A stretch of 64,000 bases of DNA. Origin: a virus. This document shows, one piece after another, positions 1 through 9,634 of the stretch; the first letter of the stretch is position 1; each line of letters starts with the position of its first letter. The notes below the pieces were generated by a model, which saw only the letters and a program-made list of their open reading frames with translations, did not search any database and had not been told where the DNA came from. A program made the translations under genes and the position numbers. Location: the IMG/VR virus record IMGVR_UViG_3300046787_000099, positions 32,001-96,000 of that record; one strand, 5' to 3'.

Positions 1-3000
1 CCTGTGATATCTAAACTGTTTTTACCACTATCAATCTTGAACATCTTCTGTCCCTTACCAATACTATCTCTTAAATAGATAGTAGCTTCTTTGAACATGT
101 CTCTTTCACCAGAAGTAATCTTATCACTAAGAATATCTTTAGGATTGAAGACAATACCAAACTGACGTAAGAATGCAGTCATCATAGCAATCTGCTGAGA
201 ATCATTAGCTGCATCAAATGAGATAGACTTAGTAGATCCTTTCTTACCTTCATACACTCTGTCTTTAGCATTGTATGTGAAGTAAGGATTGTTCTTTCCT
301 TGTAACACCTTTCTGATGTTATTCATAAACTCCTCACTAGCTTGTCTAGCAGCAGTAGTGAAGTTAGAATCACCTACAACAACCTCACCATTCTCTAATA
401 CAAATACGTTCTTAACATTAGGACTTTGCTTCTTGAATGATCTCCAGAATGCAGCAAGTAACTGAATGTCATGAATGTTATTTAACTTAGATAAGTCAGC
501 AGGCTGTGATAAGTCACTGTTCTTAGTAAGACGTGTATATATAGTTTGATAGTTGATATCGTCATTAGCTAATGCACGAATACCTTCCATCATCTCTTCC
601 AAGTTACGAGACTTATTAACACGGTTCATAATAGCCATGTAAGCCTGAGTAGATGGAATTAACTGTACACCATTGATAGATGAGTAGATTAACTCTAGCT
701 TACCATTGGTATCATTCTTCTTAACGTAAGGAAGAGTAGATAATAAAAGCTTGACAGCAGGATTGATCTTTCTGAACAAGTCAATCTTTGTTGCATCATC
801 ATTAATCTCCTTAGTCTTATCTTCTTCATTACGAACAAGTTCATCGTTCTCATCGAACTCAATGTTATAAGACTTAAGTCTCTCTTGATGTTTAGCAGCA
901 ATCTGATTCCAGTTCTCCTCATTGTCAATAGCTTTCCACATTGCATTTGACTTAGCAATGATTGGAGCAGCTTCTTCTTTAGTCATTGTACCATTAGCAA
1001 TGTTAGCTAATGCAGCCTTCTTAGACTTAAGAACTGTCTTCTGTAAATCCTCTTTAAGCTTAGCATACAACTCACTCTTCTTCTTGTAAAGGTCATTCAC
1101 CTTAAACAAGCTCTTGTTGTTTACAACTAAGTCTTTTAGAGTTAAGTAAGTCATTTGCTGAATCAAGTCATGTTGCTCAGCACCTGTAAAGTTTGCAATG
1201 CTATACTCAGCTTCATCAGAAGCGTATACATCTTCAATGTTAATAAATCCTTTCTTAGCAAAAGAAAGAGATGAGTGCATTGGAGAATATTGTTTGTAAT
1301 ATCCTGTACCAATCTTCTTGAATAACTTATCTGTGTTGCTAACAGCAGTAGGACCAGTGAAGAACTCTTTGATGAACTTAACTAAGTCATGGAACAACTG
1401 TCCGATAAATGACTTAGGACCTTCCACCTTAGGGTTAAGAGTATATTCTCTAAACTCTTCTGCTAGTTGCTCCTTAGCTTCAAGATCTGTAGCCTCAGAG
1501 AACTTAACATCACGACCTGTTGGTCTGTCAACAAATGATCCTTTTCTAGACTTGAACTCATTTAGAATATCTTGTCTCTCTTGAGGACTGGTGAACATCT
1601 TCCACACTGCCTCAAATACTTCGTGGTAAGCTGTACCAGCTTCAGCATTTTGATATAGATAGATAGCTCCATCCTTCAACATACCCCAAGCCTGCATACC
1701 ATTAGTAGCAGTGATTACATTCTTAACACGATATACAGGAACGTTAGGGAAGTTAGCTTTTAACCAACCTTCTAACTGTGTCCAGTTCTCACCTTCAAAT
1801 TGTTTAGCTTGCTCAGATACAATAGCACGTAACACCTCATCATCAGCCTCATCATTCATTTGGCTATTCATTCTTTCATCCTCAGATGCAGTGTATGTTT
1901 CGTCAAACGCATCAGGAATAGTAAACTCTAACTCATCTTCTTCTTCAGCAACGTATGCAGCAATGTCAGACTTGTATTTGTTTAATATACTTCCTGCAAT
2001 GATTCCTTTAGCAGCATTAGCATCAATACCTTTAGCAGCCATCAATGCTTCGATAGCAGCAGTATTGTTTGCACTATCAGATACAAATCCAAAACCAGCA
2101 GTAGGATCAGCTTGGTTAGCAGCAGCATCTAATGTGAACTCAATTGTTCCTACAGTAGGAATAGTTACACTGTTTGCTTTCTTACCAGTTAAATCAATAA
2201 CAGTTGGTTGTGCAGGAGCTTTAGGTTTTAATGCTGCTAGTTCTGCATCATACTTAGCATTGATTTGTTGTGCTTTAGTAGTATTTGTAAAATAGAAATA
2301 ACTTTGGAAATTAGTAAAATCTTTATCTCCTTTAAACTTTACTCCATATTTAGAAACTGCCTCTACTTCAACTTCTCTATCTGTTTCATTATCTTGTCGT
2401 GCTCCTTTGAATTGTGTCCAGAAGATACCCTTATCTCCTTTTCTAGCAGTTCTTAAACCATTAGCTTCTGCCTTTAACTCTTCTTTTCTTCTTCTCTCTA
2501 TATCAGCTACAGGATCTGCAGCAGGAGCTTGTGTCTTCTTAGGAGCTCCAGGAAGAATAGGTTTAACAGCAACAGGTTTTGGTGCAGGTACAGGAGCAGC
2601 AAACTTATCTGCTTCTTGCTTATCAATAAAGTAGATGCCTTTTCTATTGACACCTGGTCTCATGTTTACAGAAAGAGGAATCTCAGATCCTTCTCTGTCT
2701 TTACCAGATAATAAGAATGATTGATAGTTAGGCCATCTCTTAGTCTGAATCTCTCCAGCATCAGTGATGTTTGTAATCTCAGCATACTCATCATCTGATT
2801 TAATCATAGACAAGTTAGCATTGTTAAAGATGCCTGTTAATGCAGCAACAATTTCATCCTTGCTATTCTCTAATGCTTGAGGAGCAAATGGGAATGTCTG
2901 TACAGGGTTAGAGATTAATAACATTCCGTTATCAAACCACACACTGTTATTACCTGCAGGTTTAGATTCACCTTGAGGAGTTGTTGGTGTACCCCAATAA

Positions 3001-6000
3001 ACTACTGATCTTAGATACTTGATTAATCGTTGAGATTCTAGAGACTGGATATTTCCATCTCGTTGTGCATTCTCAGCAATCTTATGAATCACTTTGAAAA
3101 GAAGATTAGCTTCCTTCTCTGAGATACGTCTGTTATCAAGCTTTACATATTCATTACCCACCTTAAGAAATGCCTTAGCAATAGGGTTCTTGAATGATGA
3201 TGTTCCACCAGTTAATGTATCATTAGTTGTAGGGATAGTGATTACAGGTCCATTAGCTAATTCGTCCTCAGTAATTAATCCTGCTTCAATAGCACCAGCT
3301 CTACCATCTTGTATTTCTTTACCATTATCATCTGTTAACTTCATTGGAATACCAAATGAAGAATTGACAGGGAAAGTAGAAATCTCAGTAGATGCTATTG
3401 TGGACTTTCTCCAAGCATCGTATTGGTTTCTTAATAACTCTTTTGTTTCCTCAGGAGTAGTCTTTCTGAACATGTCAGTGCTACCACCCTTAGTGTATGC
3501 TTTACTCCACTTCAATCCTGGACCAGGCTTAACTTGAAATACAGCATTCTCTAATGCATTAGCTCCTTCAGGAATCACCTCACCATTCTTGTCAACTAAC
3601 TGAAGAGATCCATCTTCATTTTGTTGAACTAACACCATAGCAATAGTTTCCTTAGGATCTACATCCTTAGCATACTCACCGCCTTGATCTTTTAAGTATT
3701 GAGTTAGACCAGGGATAAGTTTATCCTCATTGTTGTATGTAACATATACACCACGGATCTTATCTCTGTTAGGAAAGTTATCTAAGTTAAAACCAAACTG
3801 ATTAGCTCTATCATTACCAACAATGTTATCAGAGTTGATAGTACCGTTCATCACGTTAGCATCACTCTTCTTACTATCTGGTTCTCTATCACCACCCTCA
3901 AGCAATTCTCCTTGTGTATCTAAAGATGCAACAAGTTCTGCATTAAGTGCTTCATTCTTCTTTAACTCTTCCTCTTCTTGTCTAGCTTTTTCTAGTTTCT
4001 CAAATGCAGCTTTAGCCTTCTTAGCAAAAGACTTCTCAATAGCATTCATCAACTCTGGATTATCAAACGAATTGACAACCTCTAACTTATCTACACCTTC
4101 AGCATTAGCTGCTATCTTTTGTAACTCAGTAAGTCCTTCTGCTTTCTCCACCTCAGCATCAATAACATCATTAAGAATGTCATTGATTTCTTTAGATGAG
4201 TTATCTGCTTCACTTAGTTTGTAAGCCTTGAAATCATCTGGCTTCAGGTAAGTAACAGAACCATCAGGCATCTTCACTTCAAACTCTCCACCTAATGTTG
4301 TAGCAAGAACAGTCATCTTAGGAGCAAGATATAACTGGTTGCCAATACGCATAGCAGGTTGTGATAAAGAATACTCCTTACCAATCTCTAACTCTTTACC
4401 AATAGTTTTTGTCTTACCATCCTCTTCGATGTCCTGCTTAACAATAGCAGCAGGTTGTTCAGTTACACCAATAGGTAACTCCTCTACATCTTGGTAATCT
4501 TCAGGATTGTTTTTGATCTTGTCATACTCATCGATGTATAACTTTCTACGAAGAGACATCTCCATTACATCAGATAAATTCTCTTTCAATCTATCTTTTG
4601 TCTCACTCACTACATCAAGATCATTGATCTGTGCCAATGCTTCTTTAGTAGCAGCAACATTCACCTTCTTATCTTTGATAAGAGATTGTAACACATCTGT
4701 TGTGTTAATACCACTTGCTAATAATGAGTTATTAACTTGAGGAATACGTTGGTCATAGTTGTTGATCTTTGCCATAGCATAGACCATCTTATCCATAACT
4801 GATGGATTGTAAACTGGTTTACCATTCTCATCACGTACATCTGCATATCTATCTTCAACTACAGTGTATAACTCAGCTACACTCTTTGTAAGAGCCTCTA
4901 AGTTATTAAGTCTTTCATTGAACTGAGGTCTTGTCTCATTAGGATTAACAATACCACTATTAACAAGCTCATTGAATCCTTCTTGTGTAGCAGCTTGAGT
5001 CTTGTAATATCCTAACTCTTGTGCAACAAAGTCTTCTTTACCATACTTGATGCGAGGCATTAAGTAAGATAGAGTGTAGTCATGCTCAGCATCTTTCTCT
5101 TCTAACACATCATTTGCTAAGATAGCATTCTGTCTAGCTTTCTGAGAACCAATACCAATACCTACATACTTAACTTGATCACGAAGAACATCTTGAATCT
5201 TACTGTTATTCAAAGCAGCAATAGCAATCTCTGTATTAACAGCTCTTTGTCCACCTGTTCCTAAGAACCCTCTTTCTTTAACCTCACCTCTAGCTTGTTG
5301 AATACCTCCAGAGATACCACCAATAAGCATACTCTCTAAACCTTCCTTAGTACTTAAAGCTTGATCAACACCTTCTCCAAAGATGTTTCCCATTGCTCCA
5401 TACATACCAGTAAGTAGGCTAGAAGTATCCTCTCTATTCTTGTAAGCTTTGTCAAAGAAGTTATACACACCTGTTTGAATAGCATACTGTGCTCCTTCTT
5501 CAAATGCTTCTGAAGGAGAGAATACTAAACCACCAAGATTTCTTGTAGTAACAGCAGCCTTGCCAAGAATAGTTTTAGGAGTGAATGCAGTAACTACACC
5601 ACTTACTTCTTTTTGCTCAAGCTCATTAATTAATGCTTTATCAAATCTTCTAGATGATCCTAAGATTTTAGGAAGCTGAAGATAGTTAGTTGCTGATAAC
5701 AACAAGAAGTTTGCACCTAATGTATTGTTACCCACTTGACTAGCGTAGTCATTGATGTTATCTAATTCTTCACCTTGTGGGTTTCTACCATATACTCTCT
5801 TGAACTCTTCAATAGCATTAGCTCTGAAGTTGTTCATGTTCTGAAGACTCTCAATAGAACCTTCTCCCAAAGCACCCATTGTTGAAATGGTAACACGCTC
5901 ACCATTCTTTAGAATGTTTTGTGCAAATGGATTCTTTAAATACTTCTGTGCTACAGATGTTAATGCTCCATCAAATGCTGTATATTTCTCAGCTTGAGGA

Positions 6001-6686
6001 ACAAGAGACATAGCTTCTTCAACTGCTGTAGCAGTTTCCATACCACGACCAGCTTGAACCAATCGGTTAGTGATACCAATAGCTCCTAAAGCTTTTGCCC
6101 ACAAAGCACCACCACCTAATGCACCTAGAGAATATCCTAGGTTCTTCATCACTTTATCAGACCAGAAGTTACCTGTCAATAAGTTATCAGGAGACCACCA
6201 CTCAGCATCTCTTTCTTGAGTGCTATAGAAGTTAGGAAGAGCATCCTCGAAATACTTGTTTACCTCATCTGCTTTATTGTTAACCTCATTGTCATAAAGA
6301 GATGAAAGTTTACCTGTTTCAAATACTTGGTTAACTCCATAAAGAAGACCAGCAGTACCAGCTAAGAAAGATGAAGCAGCAGTTCCTGTCATCTTAATAG
6401 CACCATTAAGAAACTTCTCACCAATACCCTGTTGTTGGGCATACATCTCCTCTAGATCCTGACCAGGTCTACTAGATGCATATCTGTTTCCAGTATATAC
6501 AGAAGATAGAGGAATAGAAGAAACTCCTGGTTTAATATTACTTACTGTTTGATTAAAGTAATCATTAAACGATAACTGACTTCCTGGTGTCTGTGTGCTA
6601 ACGGGAACAGGTCTAGGAACACTTCTATCAGGTACTGTTGGAGCTTCAAGATAACCTCTTTGGTTGATTATTTTTTCTTCTGGCAT
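1..6686 (-). CDS. Giant virion cargo/ejection protein (>2228 aa, 3' end outside window); probably the crAss-type giant protein that carries or neighbours the virion RNA polymerase
   Basis: ATG at 6686 (MPEEKIINQRGY) lies just after the stop of 6688..9546. The same frame is open wherever I translated it and still open at position 3. It is absent from the ORF track, presumably because no stop falls inside the window. It has Gly/Ala hydrophobic segments (GYSLGALGGGALWAKALGAIG) and a zincin-like GTAYHEVFE...EQLAEEFREY. No RNAP DxDxD motif was seen in this part. Confidence 0.8.
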   Translation of the reverse strand, partial: MPEEKIINQRGYLEAPTVPDRSVPRPVPVSTQTPGSQLSFNDYFNQTVSNIKPGVSSIPLSSVYTGNRYASSRPGQDLEEMYAQQQGIGEKFLNGAIKMTGTAASSFLAGTAGLLYGVNQVFETGKLSSLYDNEVNNKADEVNKYFEDALPNFYSTQERDAEWWSPDNLLTGNFWSDKVMKNLGYSLGALGGGALWAKALGAIGITNRLVQAGRGMETATAVEEAMSLVPQAEKYTAFDGALTSVAQKYLKNPFAQNILKNGERVTISTMGALGEGSIESLQNMNNFRANAIEEFKRVYGRNPQGEELDNINDYASQVGNNTLGANFLLLSATNYLQLPKILGSSRRFDKALINELEQKEVSGVVTAFTPKTILGKAAVTTRNLGGLVFSPSEAFEEGAQYAIQTGVYNFFDKAYKNREDTSSLLTGMYGAMGNIFGEGVDQALSTKEGLESMLIGGISGGIQQARGEVKERGFLGTGGQRAVNTEIAIAALNNSKIQDVLRDQVKYVGIGIGSQKARQNAILANDVLEEKDAEHDYTLSYLMPRIKYGKEDFVAQELGYYKTQAATQEGFNELVNSGIVNPNETRPQFNERLNNLEALTKSVAELYTVVEDRYADVRDENGKPVYNPSVMDKMVYAMAKINNYDQRIPQVNNSLLASGINTTDVLQSLIKDKKVNVAATKEALAQINDLDVVSETKDRLKENLSDVMEMSLRRKLYIDEYDKIKNNPEDYQDVEELPIGVTEQPAAIVKQDIEEDGKTKTIGKELEIGKEYSLSQPAMRIGNQLYLAPKMTVLATTLGGEFEVKMPDGSVTYLKPDDFKAYKLSEADNSSKEINDILNDVIDAEVEKAEGLTELQKIAANAEGVDKLEVVNSFDNPELMNAIEKSFAKKAKAAFEKLEKARQEEEELKKNEALNAELVASLDTQGELLEGGDREPDSKKSDANVMNGTINSDNIVGNDRANQFGFNLDNFPNRDKIRGVYVTYNNEDKLIPGLTQYLKDQGGEYAKDVDPKETIAMVLVQQNEDGSLQLVDKNGEVIPEGANALENAVFQVKPGPGLKWSKAYTKGGSTDMFRKTTPEETKELLRNQYDAWRKSTIASTEISTFPVNSSFGIPMKLTDDNGKEIQDGRAGAIEAGLITEDELANGPVITIPTTNDTLTGGTSSFKNPIAKAFLKVGNEYVKLDNRRISEKEANLLFKVIHKIAENAQRDGNIQSLESQRLIKYLRSVVYWGTPTTPQGESKPAGNNSVWFDNGMLLISNPVQTFPFAPQALENSKDEIVAALTGIFNNANLSMIKSDDEYAEITNITDAGEIQTKRWPNYQSFLLSGKDREGSEIPLSVNMRPGVNRKGIYFIDKQEADKFAAPVPAPKPVAVKPILPGAPKKTQAPAADPVADIERRRKEELKAEANGLRTARKGDKGIFWTQFKGARQDNETDREVEVEAVSKYGVKFKGDKDFTNFQSYFYFTNTTKAQQINAKYDAELAALKPKAPAQPTVIDLTGKKANSVTIPTVGTIEFTLDAAANQADPTAGFGFVSDSANNTAAIEALMAAKGIDANAAKGIIAGSILNKYKSDIAAYVAEEEDELEFTIPDAFDETYTASEDERMNSQMNDEADDEVLRAIVSEQAKQFEGENWTQLEGWLKANFPNVPVYRVKNVITATNGMQAWGMLKDGAIYLYQNAEAGTAYHEVFEAVWKMFTSPQERQDILNEFKSRKGSFVDRPTGRDVKFSEATDLEAKEQLAEEFREYTLNPKVEGPKSFIGQLFHDLVKFIKEFFTGPTAVSNTDKLFKKIGTGYYKQYSPMHSSLSFAKKGFINIEDVYASDEAEYSIANFTGAEQHDLIQQMTYLTLKDLVVNNKSLFKVNDLYKKKSELYAKLKEDLQKTVLKSKKAALANIANGTMTKEEAAPIIAKSNAMWKAIDNEENWNQIAAKHQERLKSYNIEFDENDELVRNEEDKTKEINDDATKIDLFRKINPAVKLLLSTLPYVKKNDTNGKLELIYSSINGVQLIPSTQAYMAIMNRVNKSRNLEEMMEGIRALANDDINYQTIYTRLTKNSDLSQPADLSKLNNIHDIQLLAAFWRSFKKQSPNVKNVFVLENGEVVVGDSNFTTAARQASEEFMNNIRKVLQGKNNPYFTYNAKDRVYEGKKGSTKSISFDAANDSQQIAMMTAFLRQFGIVFNPKDILSDKITSGERDMFKEATIYLRDSIGKGQKMFKIDSGKNSLDIT

Positions 6687-6687
6687 T

Positions 6688-9546
6688 TTATTGTCTATTG
6701 AAATCTGAAACTGTTAAACTCTTCATACCCATGATTACTTTTTGTAAGTCTTCATTGCCTGGAGTTTTTCTTACAATAACATTGTTATTAGGATCTTTAT
6801 AGTAGAATACTCCATAGTATTTACCATTCTCATATTTAACATTTGCTTCTAAGTCTACATTAGGTACTGATGAAAAGTTAGGGAAGTCACCTTTCTTAAA
6901 CTCAGTATCACCATTGTAATATGCTTGCTTAGTATTTGGATTACCTTGAGATGTCTTACCACCTTGTTGGCTAATCTTAGTTTTGATAATTGATGTTTGC
7001 TTAGGTTGATATAAAGAACCTGCATTAATACCAAGTCTTAACATTGCTTCATCTGGTGCAACTACCATTCCTCCTTTTCTTCCTTCATTTGGAGTAGCAG
7101 CAACAATCTCAACCATAGGTGCATTATTTTTACCTATAACAATTTGTGCTTCAACAGTACCACCTTTCTCAAAGAAATCTTTATCTGCTAATGCAGTACC
7201 AAATCCTTCAAAGTCAGGACTTAAGTTCTTACCACTAGTTGCGTAGTTACCTGCAAATCTTCTAATGTTAGAAATAGAGTTCTTATCAGTTTCTGAATCT
7301 CCTGTTAATAAAGGAAGCTTAAGATTAGGATCAATCTGATAATGATCTTTAATCACTTTAGCTTGTGTCTCATACACCTTACTTAATACTTTGCTATCTA
7401 ACTTAGGAACAATGTTTTTCAAGAATCCTAAATCTACATCAGCATATTTAGATTCTCCACCAAGTAGTTGACGACCATAATCAATAGCTGAACCAGCAAA
7501 TGATTTACCACTGCGAAGAGTTGAAGTAATAAATTGTCCAGACTGTATTAATTCTGGTCTATTAGAAGCATACTCAAGAGTATGATCTAATAAGAAGTCT
7601 AATCCTTTGTTTGCTAATCTTCTACCAGCTTCATCACCTGCTTTTCTTACACCTTCATCAATTAAGAATCCAGCAACAGATTGATTACCCTTTAAGTATA
7701 AAGCAAGATCATATTGATCTGTAGGAGTCAATGTAAATTTAGTTCCTTGATATGTTCCAGAAACAGGCTTAACGTTTGTGATAGTAGCCTCTTTCATTGC
7801 ATTCTGTCCAACAATGTTAGCTGTTGTACTTAACACATTGTTTCTCACTGTAGAAACATCTTGGAACTCTTTAGAACTATTTCTGTATATGTTAAGAGCA
7901 TCTACTAAATCAGGATTCTTTTGAAGAGTAGCAGCAGGTAGTTTCTGTATATTCTGAATACCTCTGTAAGTCCACCAAGACTTAAACTCATCCATAGTCT
8001 TTCCTGGAGGTTTAGCATTCTCAATAAGAGTTTTGATTGCTTGTGCTTTTGGAATACCATTAGCAATCAATCTATCTAACTTAGCTAACTCTGTAGTAGA
8101 ATTAGCAAACATTCCATTCCAAATAAGATTATCTTGTGCACTAGAGAATTTCTCAGCAGCACTAGTATAGTCAGTGTCTAGTTTATTGATTACACCAAAG
8201 TCAGAAGGTTGTTCACCTTGCTCAGGAACTAATCCCATACCACCAGCAGCAGGCACTAATGTATCTGGAACACCATCACCATCAGTATCAACCATTTGAC
8301 CACCTTTGCCTCCACGCATTCCTGCGATCTTCAACTGAGTTTCTTGACTACCTTTAGCAATTCTTTCAGCACTAGCTCTACCTAATGCAGCAATAGATTC
8401 TCTACTAGACATCTCTTGCTGTCTTAGTTTTATCTCATTTGCATCTTTAGTAAGCTTGTACTCAGCTTCCCAAGCTGGATTATCTACTATAGTTGTGCTA
8501 GTACGAACTGAACCATACATAGATGTCATATTCTTTATAACATCATCTGAGTATAACTTAGCTTTAGCAGCATTAGGATCAGCTGAAGCAATCTTCATAT
8601 ACTCATCGTAATGATTCTTAGTATTATCAATATCTAATTGTAACTTATCAATATCATCTTGAACATCTTCACCAGCACCTTTACGTAATGCTAGTTCCAT
8701 CATTTGATCATACTGAGTATCAAGGATCTGACCTTTTTGAGAACCTAATGATTTTGTCAATTGCTCACCATCCATACCTCTGTATGTGTAGCGACCTTCA
8801 ATACCTAGTTGTTTCTTAACTCTAGGATCAGACATAATCATACCAATGGTACCCATAACTTCTTTAGGAAGTCTTCCCTCAGCCTCAAGACGTTTCATTG
8901 CTGGAGAGTAAATAGGTCTCTTTCCAATAACACGACCTTTGTCATCAACAATAGTCTTGTATTGAACATTACCTTTAGCATCTGTTTGGAACACTTGATC
9001 AAAGGAATACTTACCAGGCTTAACAGCATCAAACTGTTCCTTAGTAAATTTCTGCCAATCAAATGCTTTAGAATACTCACCATTGAATGATGTATCTAAC
9101 TTACCATCAGATAGCCAACTATTAACCTCATCGTTGAATACAGTCTCATTTGCAGGATTATATGTTCCTGCTTTCTTATCTGCCTCCATCTCAGTCATGA
9201 AGTTTCTGATTCTTTGAGTAGAACCAACTGCACGTTGAATAGTAGGATCCTTAACAACTTGTGTAGCCATTCCTCCAACAGAGTTAACTAACTGTTGATT
9301 AGAGAAATCACCAGCAGCTACAGTGCGTAGCTTGCCACCAAGATCGTTAAGTTTAGATTGGAGATATTGCTTATGTTCAGGTTTAATAACATCTAATCCA
9401 GCTATATTATCGATATAGGCTTGAATCTTTTGTACCCCTTGATCATACTGTTGTTGCTTTTGCATACCAACAGCAACCATTGCTTCAACAGGAAGCTGTT
9501 GAATGTAAGGGTTAAAACTGGAAATAGCGTCTGTGAATGAAGCCAT
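6688..9546 (-). CDS. Virion cargo (ejection) protein
   Basis: 952-aa ORF between the tail genes and the giant protein, as in crAss-like gene order; helical N-terminus; own promoter. Confidence 0.6.
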   Translation of the reverse strand: MASFTDAISSFNPYIQQLPVEAMVAVGMQKQQQYDQGVQKIQAYIDNIAGLDVIKPEHKQYLQSKLNDLGGKLRTVAAGDFSNQQLVNSVGGMATQVVKDPTIQRAVGSTQRIRNFMTEMEADKKAGTYNPANETVFNDEVNSWLSDGKLDTSFNGEYSKAFDWQKFTKEQFDAVKPGKYSFDQVFQTDAKGNVQYKTIVDDKGRVIGKRPIYSPAMKRLEAEGRLPKEVMGTIGMIMSDPRVKKQLGIEGRYTYRGMDGEQLTKSLGSQKGQILDTQYDQMMELALRKGAGEDVQDDIDKLQLDIDNTKNHYDEYMKIASADPNAAKAKLYSDDVIKNMTSMYGSVRTSTTIVDNPAWEAEYKLTKDANEIKLRQQEMSSRESIAALGRASAERIAKGSQETQLKIAGMRGGKGGQMVDTDGDGVPDTLVPAAGGMGLVPEQGEQPSDFGVINKLDTDYTSAAEKFSSAQDNLIWNGMFANSTTELAKLDRLIANGIPKAQAIKTLIENAKPPGKTMDEFKSWWTYRGIQNIQKLPAATLQKNPDLVDALNIYRNSSKEFQDVSTVRNNVLSTTANIVGQNAMKEATITNVKPVSGTYQGTKFTLTPTDQYDLALYLKGNQSVAGFLIDEGVRKAGDEAGRRLANKGLDFLLDHTLEYASNRPELIQSGQFITSTLRSGKSFAGSAIDYGRQLLGGESKYADVDLGFLKNIVPKLDSKVLSKVYETQAKVIKDHYQIDPNLKLPLLTGDSETDKNSISNIRRFAGNYATSGKNLSPDFEGFGTALADKDFFEKGGTVEAQIVIGKNNAPMVEIVAATPNEGRKGGMVVAPDEAMLRLGINAGSLYQPKQTSIIKTKISQQGGKTSQGNPNTKQAYYNGDTEFKKGDFPNFSSVPNVDLEANVKYENGKYYGVFYYKDPNNNVIVRKTPGNEDLQKVIMGMKSLTVSDFNRQ

Positions 9547-9562
9547 GAGTGAGTATAATTAA

Positions 9563-9593
9563 CAAATATAATTTAAAATATTACATATACAAA
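9563..9593 (-). promoter_or_regulatory. Bacteroidetes-type sigma promoter
   Basis: Minus strand TTTG (9590-9593), N19, TATATTTG (9563-9570), upstream of the 9546 start. Confidence 0.75.
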
Positions 9594-9634
9594 GACTACT
9601 AACAAAAGTTAGTAATCTTGTATAACCAGTTTGA

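Noticed and set aside
695-4740. Track ORFs in 695-4740, mostly plus strand
   Set aside because: They are antisense or off-frame shadows of the giant minus-strand ORF; similar shadows overlie portal, TerL, MCP, polB and helicase.
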